In this document: in pieces, positions 16,173 to 26,395 of the stretch | Numbering within the stretch: position 1 is the first letter of the stretch | Layout: the number at the start of each line of letters is the position of its first letter | Assembly: GCA_037720745.1 (NCBI GenBank) | Contig: JBBJNS010000001.1 | Coordinates: 1 to 61,612, forward strand | Length of the DNA stretch: 61,612 bases | Origin: Candidatus Limnocylindrales bacterium | Lineage (GTDB): Bacteria; Chloroflexota; Limnocylindria; Limnocylindrales; CSP1-4 | Reading direction: 5' to 3' | Program-made: the position numbers and the translations under genes | Notes under the pieces: generated by a model | Told to the model about the DNA's origin: nothing | Databases searched by the model: none | What the model saw: the letters and a program-made list of their open reading frames with translations, nothing else

Positions 16173-17634
16173 CCGCTGGGGCGGCTCGACAGTCGGCTTC
16201 CTGACACGGGTCGTGACCTGGGCCGGCATCGGGCTGTTCGTCCTGATCGCCCTGGAGGCCACAGCCATGGTCGGGGTGATCGTGGCGCGATCGGTAGGCG
16301 ACCTGCAGCACCCCGCCGTTGCGCCTGCCCTCCTGACCAGCCTGCTTGCTGTGGCTGCGACCGCAGCTCTGATCGCCGGCGTTCACCGATGGACGGCGCG
16401 CGACGCGCGACGGCAGTGGCTGATCGTGATGCTCGGACTGTCGCTCGTAGCGCTGATACGCATCGCCATCGCTCTCGTGATCGATGCGCCGGTCGACCGG
16501 GACATGGTGGCCTACGACTCGCTGGCCGCTCAGGTGCTGAGCGACGGCCGGCTGTTCAGCGACCGGCCGATGGGCTTTCCCTATCTCCTGGCTGGGTCGT
16601 ACGCGATCTTCGGGCGCGGAGCCCTGGCGGGCGAGGCTTTGAACACCCTGGCCGCGCTGGTCGGCGGCCTCGCTCTGTGGCTTCTCGTCCGGTCTGCTCA
16701 TCGCGAGCGAGCCGCGAACGTGGCGCTGTTCCTCTACGCGATCTGGCCAGCGGGGGCACTGATGACGAGCGTCCGTCTGACCGAGACCACCTACACGGTG
16801 AGCCTGCTGTTGGCGGTCCTGGCCGTCATGCAGGGAGCGCGCCCACAGCGCATGAGGGATCACGCGCTCGCGGGAGGGCTGCTGGGGGTCAGCCAATACT
16901 TCCGACCGACCAGCCTCTTCCTGCTGCCGGCCTTTCTGCTCGCAGCCACCTCGCCCGGAGCCGTCGGTCGCCGGCGGGTGCTCCTGGGCGCGGTGACTGT
17001 CGCCTTGGCCTTCCTGGCGGTTCTGCTGCCGGTCGTGGAGTACAACCGGGAGGCACACGGCGAGCTGTCGGTGTCGACCTCAGCGTATGGCGGCTGGAGT
17101 CTGTGGGTGGGCGCCAATCAGGAGCACGGCGGACGCTGGAATCCTGGCGACTGGGAGGCGCTCTTCCAGCTCACCGACGGCACGGTGTGGGATGACAGCA
17201 AGGCAGCCGGCCCGCTGGGCGTTCAGCGCATCAGAGAGGATCCCGTCGGCTTTGCGCTCCTCGGCATCGACAAGTTCCACACCATGTGGGGTTCGGAGGC
17301 GTACGGCGTGGACTTCGCCATCGCATCGCGTGCGGCGGCGCTTCCCGAGCACACCTTCCTGACCCTGACCAGCCAGATCTTCTATGCCGTCGTGACGGTC
17401 GCGGCAGCTCTTGCGCTGATCGCCCGACGCCAGTGGCTGGACCGGCTCGGGCTGCTGATCGTGACTGTCACGCTCACCGTGGCCCTAGTTCACGTCTTCG
17501 TGGAGGTGCGCGACCGCTATCACGCCTACCTTGTGCCCCTCTTCATCGCACTCGCCTCGGACTGGATCGCCCGGCAGCGAGCGGTCTCCGCGACCGAAGG
17601 CAACCAGATCTTGCCGTCTGGCCAGCCCACATAA
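16135..17634 (+). CDS. GT-C glycosyltransferase (GT39/ArnT/PMT_2-like polytopic membrane protein)
   Basis: 499 aa with many TM segments. The early loop reads DRDMVAYDSLAAQVLSDGRLFSDRPMGFPYLL and the C-terminal motif is RDRYHAYLVPLF. The 5' end overlaps the preceding gene by about 30-38 nt. Confidence 0.7.
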   Translation: MPVMRTAPAPASSRWGGSTVGFLTRVVTWAGIGLFVLIALEATAMVGVIVARSVGDLQHPAVAPALLTSLLAVAATAALIAGVHRWTARDARRQWLIVMLGLSLVALIRIAIALVIDAPVDRDMVAYDSLAAQVLSDGRLFSDRPMGFPYLLAGSYAIFGRGALAGEALNTLAALVGGLALWLLVRSAHRERAANVALFLYAIWPAGALMTSVRLTETTYTVSLLLAVLAVMQGARPQRMRDHALAGGLLGVSQYFRPTSLFLLPAFLLAATSPGAVGRRRVLLGAVTVALAFLAVLLPVVEYNREAHGELSVSTSAYGGWSLWVGANQEHGGRWNPGDWEALFQLTDGTVWDDSKAAGPLGVQRIREDPVGFALLGIDKFHTMWGSEAYGVDFAIASRAAALPEHTFLTLTSQIFYAVVTVAAALALIARRQWLDRLGLLIVTVTLTVALVHVFVEVRDRYHAYLVPLFIALASDWIARQRAVSATEGNQILPSGQPT

Positions 17635-17651
17635 GACAGAGCTGGCGCTTC

Positions 17652-18851
17652 CTACTGCGCTGGTTCCTGCTCACCGCGCAGCGCACGGCCGACGCTGGCG
17701 TGCAGCATGGCGTTGTCGTACTGGAGCTCCACGCGCCGCAGCGCACGCTCCGTCATCTCCGCCATCAACGTCGGCTCCCGCCAGAGTCGAAGGAGCGCGT
17801 CGGCGAACTGCGCGTCGGTCTCCGCTACGGCCACCTCCTCATCCGGCGTGAAGTCGAGCCCCGCAAGGCCCAGTGACGTGGTGACCACCGGGATGGCCGA
17901 AGCGGTCGCCTCCAGGATCTTGAGACGCGTGCCCGTCCCGGCCTCCAGTGGAGCGAGCAGTGGGCCAGCCTCCGCCAGGGCCGCCATCGCGTCGGACACA
18001 TCGCCAAGCAGCGTCGCGCCGGGGGTGCGCTCCACGAGGGCGCGGAGCGAGGGCGGCGGATCACGCCCGATGAGTACGAGCTTGGCCTCTGGGCGATGCG
18101 ACCGCACCAGCGGGAGGATCCGTGTCAGCAATCTGATGGCGGCAGTCAGATTCGGGTCGAAGCTATAGATACCGACGAATCCGAAGGTGGACGGTTCGGC
18201 TGCGATCGCTCGATAGGGAACGTAGTCGGCGACGCGGATGGTGTTCGGGATGACTCGCACCGTGGCGTCGTAGCGCTCGGCGTAGACCTTCGCCTCCCCC
18301 TGCTCGACGAACCAGACCTCATCGGCATAGCGCGGCACTTCCCGCTCCAGTCGCGCGAGCACGAGGAGGTCGAGTGCTGCGCGACCCCGGCGACCCAGAC
18401 CCGACCCGGTGTGCAGCCGCTGGCGCGCGCCCACTGAGCGGAGTTGCCAGAGATCCACGATAAGGCGGCCGACATGTGGCCTCACAGCGGGAAGGAAGCC
18501 GTCGTAGAGGGGATGCCCCAGGACTACCACGTCCGGCCGCGTCTCGCGCACGATGCCCGCCAGCCTTTCCATCGCGCCGAGTCGAGCCAGGTTCTCCTGG
18601 AATACCTGGCGGCCGCGCACGGTCGCCGCCGAGCGGATGGCGACCCGTCGCAGAGGGTGACGAGGCATCGGCGACGGGAAGACGCGCGCCACGTTCGGCG
18701 GAGTGGGCTCCTGCGGTTGGCTCCAGATGGGGAAGCACACGAGTTCGAGATCGGCCTGGGCGTCAAGGGCCCGATAGATGCCCAGGTCGCGCAGCTTGGC
18801 GCCGGAGACCGCCTCCCAAGGCAGGTCCGCTGTAGCGAATACGACCTTCAC
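17652..18851 (-). CDS. GT4-family glycosyltransferase
   Basis: Motif RLKILEATASAIPVVTTSLGLAGLDF. GTG 18851 (VKVVFATADL) is preceded by GGGAGG with a 5-nt spacing. The track ORF extends to 18911. Confidence 0.8.
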   Translation of the reverse strand: MKVVFATADLPWEAVSGAKLRDLGIYRALDAQADLELVCFPIWSQPQEPTPPNVARVFPSPMPRHPLRRVAIRSAATVRGRQVFQENLARLGAMERLAGIVRETRPDVVVLGHPLYDGFLPAVRPHVGRLIVDLWQLRSVGARQRLHTGSGLGRRGRAALDLLVLARLEREVPRYADEVWFVEQGEAKVYAERYDATVRVIPNTIRVADYVPYRAIAAEPSTFGFVGIYSFDPNLTAAIRLLTRILPLVRSHRPEAKLVLIGRDPPPSLRALVERTPGATLLGDVSDAMAALAEAGPLLAPLEAGTGTRLKILEATASAIPVVTTSLGLAGLDFTPDEEVAVAETDAQFADALLRLWREPTLMAEMTERALRRVELQYDNAMLHASVGRALRGEQEPAQ

Positions 18852-18876
18852 GAAACCTCCCGGAGGGTGGGCATGA

Positions 18877-18882
18877 AGCGTA
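18877..18882 (-). promoter_or_regulatory. -10-like TACGCT upstream of the GT4 gene (short leader containing an SD sequence)
   Basis: Forward agcgta at 18877-18882, about 25 nt upstream of GTG 18851. Confidence 0.3.
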
Positions 18883-18941
18883 TCCCGACTGACCCGCCGG
18901 CTGCTCTCCATCCAGCGGCTCGACGTGCCCGTCCGTGGCCC

Positions 18942-18947
18942 TATCCT
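18942..18947 (+). promoter_or_regulatory. -10-like TATCCT, 5 nt upstream of GTG 18953 and 8 nt upstream of ATG 18956
   Basis: Read directly. Confidence 0.4.
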
Positions 18948-18952
18948 CCGAG

Positions 18953-20464
18953 GTGATGCAGCCGGAGCAGCCAGGTGCCGCGGACGACGCGATCGATCCC
19001 TTGCAGGGTGTCGCGCGGCACGGCGCCTGGCACATGGCGGCGATCGTCGTGCCCGGCGTGTACACCGTCCTCCTCATCGCGTACCTGTTGCGCACCCTTG
19101 GCCCCGAGGCGTACGGCATCTGGGCGGCCGCGACGGCCCTGGTGGGCTACCTGACGCTGTTGGACGCCGGTCTTTCGACTACGACCGCGCGCGCCGCGGC
19201 ACGTGCGGCGGCGGGCGAAGAGGAGGCCATCGACCAGGTCCGGACAGCGTACGGAGCGTATGCGCTGCTGGCCTGTGTGGCGGTCCTCATCGGACTCCTG
19301 CTCGGGACGCTCATCCCTTTGATCCTTCGGCTGGAGGGAGACATCGCACGGGAAGCATGGTTGGTTGCCGCCTTCCTGGCGCTCGACCTGGGGATCGTCA
19401 TCGCCACTGCCGGCTGGATGGGCACGCTTCGGGGCACCCGCCGCTTCCGCGAGATGCTGCTGGTGAACTCGGCACAGGTCGCCGTGGCGGTGCTTCTTCT
19501 GCTCGTCCTCTTGCCGCCCCTCGGCCTGGTCGGTGCGGCCGCGGCACAGCCCGTTGGGCGTATCGTCGGGCGGTCGCTGGCAGCGCTCATCCTCGCCCGA
19601 CAGGTGAGCTGGTTCCGCGCCCGGCCACGGTGGCCCGGTTGGGCGAACCTCCGGACCGTCACCGCGTTTTCGCTGCCCATCCTGGCCATGCAGACCGCTA
19701 CGCAGCTCGGCGTGGGGACGGACGTCATCATCGTCGGAGCTGCCGCGGGTCCCACAGCCGCCGGGCTCTACGCAGCAGGTGCGCAGCTGTCGCGCTACGT
19801 CGGCTACTTCCTGTTCCCGGTGCTGGGGGTGCTGTTGCCCTCATTCTCGACGGCCTTCTTGCAGCGTCCCGAAGCCGCGCCTGAGCTGGTCCGCCGCGCG
19901 GTGCTTCTCACCGGCTTGATCGGCGGAACGGTGTATGGCGTGATGGCGTTCCAGGCCGAGCCCCTGCTCCGGCTATGGTCGGATCAGTCGTCCGCCCTGA
20001 GCGTCCAGGTCCTGATCCTCTACGCCCTGGCCTGGACGATCGTCACGCCCACGCACGTGATGATGCTGATGGTCATCGCCAGCGGACGGCATCGGATCAT
20101 CGGAGCGATCGTGCTCGCCGAGGCGCTCGTGAACCTGGTCTTGTCCATCGTCCTCGTCTCGATGATGGGTCCGGTCGGGGCGGCGATCTCGAGCTTCCTG
20201 GTCATCCTGGCGGACGACCTCTTCCTCCTTCCCGTGGTTTCCGCGCGAGCGCTCCGGACGCGAACGCGGCCCATCCTGCAGGGCTCACTGGGGGGCGCTC
20301 TGGGAGGGATCGCCATCGCGGCGGCCGTCACCCTGCTGCCAGTGAGTGGCGTGGAGGGCCTCCTCCTGCGTGGCCTGGTCGCCGCGGCGGTCCTGGCAGT
20401 GGCCATCGCCGTGGTCGTGCCGGGCAGTCGGGCGCTTATCGCGGGGCGCCGACGGAGCGGCTGA
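18953..20464 (+). CDS. MOP-superfamily oligosaccharide/polysaccharide flippase (Wzx-like), copy 1
   Basis: About 503 aa with 12-14 TM segments. The N-terminus is typical: YGIWAAATALVGYLTLLDAGLSTTTAR. The track start is GTG 18935. Confidence 0.8.
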   Translation: MMQPEQPGAADDAIDPLQGVARHGAWHMAAIVVPGVYTVLLIAYLLRTLGPEAYGIWAAATALVGYLTLLDAGLSTTTARAAARAAAGEEEAIDQVRTAYGAYALLACVAVLIGLLLGTLIPLILRLEGDIAREAWLVAAFLALDLGIVIATAGWMGTLRGTRRFREMLLVNSAQVAVAVLLLLVLLPPLGLVGAAAAQPVGRIVGRSLAALILARQVSWFRARPRWPGWANLRTVTAFSLPILAMQTATQLGVGTDVIIVGAAAGPTAAGLYAAGAQLSRYVGYFLFPVLGVLLPSFSTAFLQRPEAAPELVRRAVLLTGLIGGTVYGVMAFQAEPLLRLWSDQSSALSVQVLILYALAWTIVTPTHVMMLMVIASGRHRIIGAIVLAEALVNLVLSIVLVSMMGPVGAAISSFLVILADDLFLLPVVSARALRTRTRPILQGSLGGALGGIAIAAAVTLLPVSGVEGLLLRGLVAAAVLAVAIAVVVPGSRALIAGRRRSG

Positions 20465-21998
20465 AGGAGTCGACCGCGGGGCTTCGCCCGACAAGTCCGG
20501 CTGCCAGCCCCAGCATAGTTCCGAAGATCACGGCTTCGGCCAGTACAAGTGGATTCGTGCCGGCGAGCTGCACCAGCGCCCAGACCGGGATCCAGGCGGC
20601 CAGCCACAGGAGCGCCGCCCCTTGCCAGACGCTCCGGACGCCGCGGAGTGCGCCGAGGAGCCGGACCCACGTGACGCCTAGCAGCGCTGCCAGGAGGAGC
20701 ACCGCGGGAAGTCCGCCTACGAGGCCTGCCGTCAGCCAGAGTGAGTTGGGATCGTTGATCCTGGCCGCGTCGGGGATGTAGTCGGGGCTATCGGGATCGT
20801 GCACGGCCACATCGAAACGGCTCATGCCCGTGCCCAGGACCAGCGAGCGCGGCGACTCGAGGATGGCTTCGAGCGCTACCGCCTGAAGGCGCACACGGGT
20901 CTGCCCGGCGCGACTGGCCCCGCCCTCCACGCTCGGATCGAAGGGCGTCTCGGATGTCATGGGGTCGGGCAGATCAGTGGCAGCCAGCCGCCTTGCCCCC
21001 AAGTCGTCGGCGAGGACCGTGGCACCCAGCGTCAGCACCAGGAATCCAGCCGTCAGGGCGCCGGGCACCAGCTCCTTGCGGAGTGACCGACTCCGGACGC
21101 GCAGCCTCCAGATCACATCGATGACGACCGTCAGCCCCACCGCCGCGACCAGCCCAAGCAAGCCTGCTCGAGAGTAGGTCCAGTACGTCAGGAGGCTGAC
21201 GAGCGCGATCCCCACGAAACCTGCGGCAACGAGGCGCCGGTCGCCGGCATGCCAGCCGCGCAGGGTAACGGCCGTCGCGAGCGGTGCCAGCAGGATGCCG
21301 AAGAAGGCCATGTAGTTGGTGTGGAAGAAGAGACCCGTGGCACGGATGTCCCCCTCCCCGCCCAAGCGGAAGTGCAGCGGCGGCGGTCCGACCTCTCCCA
21401 GCCGAGGATGCTGAAAGACATTGGCGGGCCGGAAGAACCGCCAGAAGTCGGCCAGCGGATCCGCGCTGCCTGGCTCGGGATATGTCACGCGCTCCAACAC
21501 CGCGCCCGCGAAGGCCAGGAGGAGGAGGACGCCCAGGAAACCGATGAGCCGGCGCGGGCCGCTGTCAAGGCTTGCGCGCAGTGCGGCGAAGGCCACGGCC
21601 GCCGCGCCCCCTGCGAAGAGCAGATACACGATGGCCGGCTTGAGGTCGGCACCGCCACCTCGTAACAGCGCGGCCAGCGGGAACCAGCTGAGGTAGGCGG
21701 CGAAGAGGAGCAGCCACGGGAGGTCGCGGCGCTCCAGCAGCCGCCAGGCACCTCCAGCCAGCAGGAGGAGTGCACCGAGCGGCACGATAAGCTCCATGGG
21801 CGTGATGTCTGCCCATGGCGTGCGCAGCAGCACGTTCTGAGGGAACCACCAGGCGGCCACGAGCTGCGCGAACGTCGCCAGGATCAGCCCCGCTGCGATC
21901 GGCGCCGCCACCCGCGGAGGCCCCCGCCACCCAAGCCCGCCGAACGGGCCAGAACGCTGCGGGCGATCGCGGGGTGCGTTGGGGGAACGGTCGTCCAC
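20436..21998 (-). CDS. Wzy/O-antigen-ligase-like polytopic membrane protein, divergent copy
   Basis: 520 aa with more than 10 TM segments. It contains GLFFHTNYMAFFGILLAP and a large loop with a degenerate Wzy_C-like stretch DPNSLWLTAGLVGGL. Its 3' end overlaps the flippase 3' end by 29 nt. Confidence 0.6.
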   Translation of the reverse strand: MDDRSPNAPRDRPQRSGPFGGLGWRGPPRVAAPIAAGLILATFAQLVAAWWFPQNVLLRTPWADITPMELIVPLGALLLLAGGAWRLLERRDLPWLLLFAAYLSWFPLAALLRGGGADLKPAIVYLLFAGGAAAVAFAALRASLDSGPRRLIGFLGVLLLLAFAGAVLERVTYPEPGSADPLADFWRFFRPANVFQHPRLGEVGPPPLHFRLGGEGDIRATGLFFHTNYMAFFGILLAPLATAVTLRGWHAGDRRLVAAGFVGIALVSLLTYWTYSRAGLLGLVAAVGLTVVIDVIWRLRVRSRSLRKELVPGALTAGFLVLTLGATVLADDLGARRLAATDLPDPMTSETPFDPSVEGGASRAGQTRVRLQAVALEAILESPRSLVLGTGMSRFDVAVHDPDSPDYIPDAARINDPNSLWLTAGLVGGLPAVLLLAALLGVTWVRLLGALRGVRSVWQGAALLWLAAWIPVWALVQLAGTNPLVLAEAVIFGTMLGLAAGLVGRSPAVDSFSRSVGAPR

Positions 21999-22001
21999 CG
22001 A

Positions 22002-22010
22002 TAGACTCTA
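22002..22010. promoter_or_regulatory. Overlapping divergent -10 boxes in the near-palindrome ATAGACTCTA
   Basis: TAGACT on the plus strand is at 22002-22007. It lies upstream of the SD sequence GAGGAG (22020-22025) and GTG 22033. TAGAGT on the minus strand is at 22010-22005, 6 nt upstream of GTG 21998. Confidence 0.45.
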
Positions 22011-22032
22011 CCCGCCGCTGAGGAGATCCGAT

Positions 22033-24130
<2,098 letters not shown>

Positions 24131-24131
<1 letters not shown>

Positions 24132-25042
24132 TGCGCGTCCTGGTCACCGGCGCCTCCGGCTTCGTGGGGCGCTGGCTGTCCCGGGCACTCATCGACAAGG
24201 GCCACGAGGTCCTGGACGGGGGGCCACGACTCGACGTCACCGACCAGGGGGCGATGAGGGAGGCTCTGGCGAGAGCGGAGCCTGACGCGGTGGCGCACCT
24301 GGCGGCTATCGCGTTCGGACCCGATGCCGGCGCGGACCCGGCCAATGCCTTCAGAGTTACCGTGGGTGGCACGGTGAACCTGCTCGAGGCGGCCCGTGCC
24401 CTGCGCCGGCCGCCGGCCGTCCTGGTCACCGGCTCATCTGACGTGTACGGCACGCCGGCGGCCGAGGACCTGCCGCTGACGGAGGACGCGCCGTTGCGGC
24501 CCGTCAAGCCTTATGCGCTGTCCAAGGCGGCGCAGGAGTCGATCGCGCTGGCCTACGCCGCTCGTCACGAGCTGCGCGTCGTGGTGACGCGCTCCTTCAA
24601 CCACGCTGGGCCGGGCCAGCGGCCGGTCTTCGTCATCCCGGCGCTCGCCGAGCGCGTGGCGGCCGTGGGCCGCGGCGAGACCGATGAGGTGCCCACCGGC
24701 AACCTCGACGTGCGGCGCGACGTGACCGACGTGCGTGATGTGGCTGACGCCTACGTGCGCCTTCTCGAGGCGCTCCACGAGGGCAGAGTGGGCAAGTCTG
24801 GGATCACCATCAACGTCTGCTCCGGCCGATCGGTGACCATCCGCTGGCTCCTGGAGGAGCTCGGGCGACTGGCCGGGGTCCAGCCCCGCATCCGCATCGA
24901 TCCTGCCCTCGTTCGCCCCGACGATGCGCCAGAGATCCGCGGCGACGCATCGGCCATCGAGGATCTCATGGGCTGGCGGGCCACGACCCCGCTGGAAACG
25001 ACCTTGGCCGACATCTGGGCGGCCACCAACAGGGGCCTGTGA
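24131..25042 (+). CDS. NAD-dependent epimerase/dehydratase, most like GDP-4-keto-6-deoxy-D-mannose reductase (Rmd)
   Basis: 303 aa. Motifs are MRVLVTGASGFVGRWL and YALSKAAQE (YxxxK). The ATG shares 1 nt with the gmd TGA. The track fuses this gene to an out-of-frame upstream stretch (23411..). The Rmd assignment over fucose synthase is an inference from the N-terminal pattern and the protein's size. Confidence 0.7.
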
Positions 25043-25157
25043 GCCGCCCCGCCGCCTGGGTTCGACGTTCTTCGGTTATCTTGACGACAAGTGGTGGCCG
25101 AGGGTGACGCCGATAGACCCGCCGGCCCTGGTCGCCTGGGGACGCGGTAGGGCACGG

Positions 25158-25184
25158 ACCCCGGGACCCGAACAGCGGGGTTTT
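25158..25184 (+). terminator. Weak hairpin plus T-tract (aCCCCG-N12-CGGGGtttt) between the rmd-like gene and sqdB
   Basis: Read directly: a stem of 5-6 bp followed by TTTT. It could be a terminator for the gmd operon or an attenuator in an sqdB leader. Confidence 0.3.
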
Positions 25185-25191
25185 CGAGCGA

Positions 25192-26379
25192 GTGACTGAA
25201 CGTATCCTGGTCCTGGGCGGAGACGGCTATCTGGGCTGGCCCACGGCGATGCACCTCTCAGGACGCGGCGCGCGCGTGGGCGTGGTGGACAACATGTCCA
25301 AGCGTGCCTGGGAACGCGAGCTAGGCGTGGAACCGCTCATCGCCATCGCATCGCTCACCGAGCGGATCGCTGCCTGGAAGGAAGTCTCCGGAGCCTCCAT
25401 CGAGCTGTTCGAGGGGGACCTGACCGAGGCTGACTTCGTGCACGCCACGCTGGAGTCCTTCCGTCCCGACACGATCATCCATTACGGCGAGCAACCGTCC
25501 GCGCCGTATTCCATGATCGATGTCCATCACGCCGCCTTCACGCAGTCCAACAACGTGGTAGGCAACCTCAACGTTATTTTTGCCATGCGCGACCTGGTGC
25601 CGGACAGCCACCTGGTGAAGCTGGGCACCATGGGCGAGTACGGCACGCCGGATATCGATATCGAGGAGGGCTACCTCAAGGTCGACCACAACGGTCGCAG
25701 CCACACGTTCCTCTACCCCAAGACACCCGGCTCGATGTACCACCTCTCCAAGGTCCACGATTCCCACAACATCCATTTCGCCTGTCGGGTCTGGGGTCTG
25801 CGCGCCACGGATCTCAACCAGGGCGTGGTCTACGGGATCGAGACCGAGCAGACCGCTCTCGACCCACGGCTGGCCACGAGCTTTCACTACGACGAGGTCT
25901 TCGGCACCGCTCTGAACCGCTTCTGCGTGCAGGCCGTGGCGGGCGAGCCCATCACGGTCTATGGCAAGGGCGGGCAGACACGTGGGTATCTCAACATCCG
26001 TGACACGCTGGCCTGCGTCGCGCTGGCCGTGGACAACCCCGCCGGCCGCGGCGAGATGCGCGTCTTCAATCAGTTCACGGAGACCTTCACGGTCCTGGAG
26101 CTGGCCCAGCGCGTGCGCGATGCGGCGGCGCAGCTGGGCATCGCGGCCGACGTCATCCATGCCGATAATCCGCGCTTCGAGGCGGAGGAGCACTACTACA
26201 ATCCCAAGCATTCGGGACTCGTCGAGCTAGGTCTCCAGCCACATCTGCTGTCGCAGGAGCTCATCGACACGATGCTGCAACGCATCGTCGAGCACCGCGC
26301 GCGCATCCGACCCGAGTCACTCGTCATGAATGTACGGTGGACCCCCAAGCTCCGATCCGGCGCGGCGGCCGGGCTGTGA
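25192..26379 (+). CDS. sqdB: UDP-sulfoquinovose synthase
   Basis: 395 aa, matching SQD1/SqdB nearly throughout. Matching stretches are ILVLGGDGYLGWPTAMHL, VDNMSKRAWERELGVEPLIAIASL, HYGEQPSAPYSMID, HLVKLGTMGEYGTPDIDIEEGY and YHLSKVHDSHNIHFACRVWGLRATDLNQGVVYG. Confidence 0.9.
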   Translation: MTERILVLGGDGYLGWPTAMHLSGRGARVGVVDNMSKRAWERELGVEPLIAIASLTERIAAWKEVSGASIELFEGDLTEADFVHATLESFRPDTIIHYGEQPSAPYSMIDVHHAAFTQSNNVVGNLNVIFAMRDLVPDSHLVKLGTMGEYGTPDIDIEEGYLKVDHNGRSHTFLYPKTPGSMYHLSKVHDSHNIHFACRVWGLRATDLNQGVVYGIETEQTALDPRLATSFHYDEVFGTALNRFCVQAVAGEPITVYGKGGQTRGYLNIRDTLACVALAVDNPAGRGEMRVFNQFTETFTVLELAQRVRDAAAQLGIAADVIHADNPRFEAEEHYYNPKHSGLVELGLQPHLLSQELIDTMLQRIVEHRARIRPESLVMNVRWTPKLRSGAAAGL

Positions 26380-26395
26380 ACCCGCGCCCTCAACC

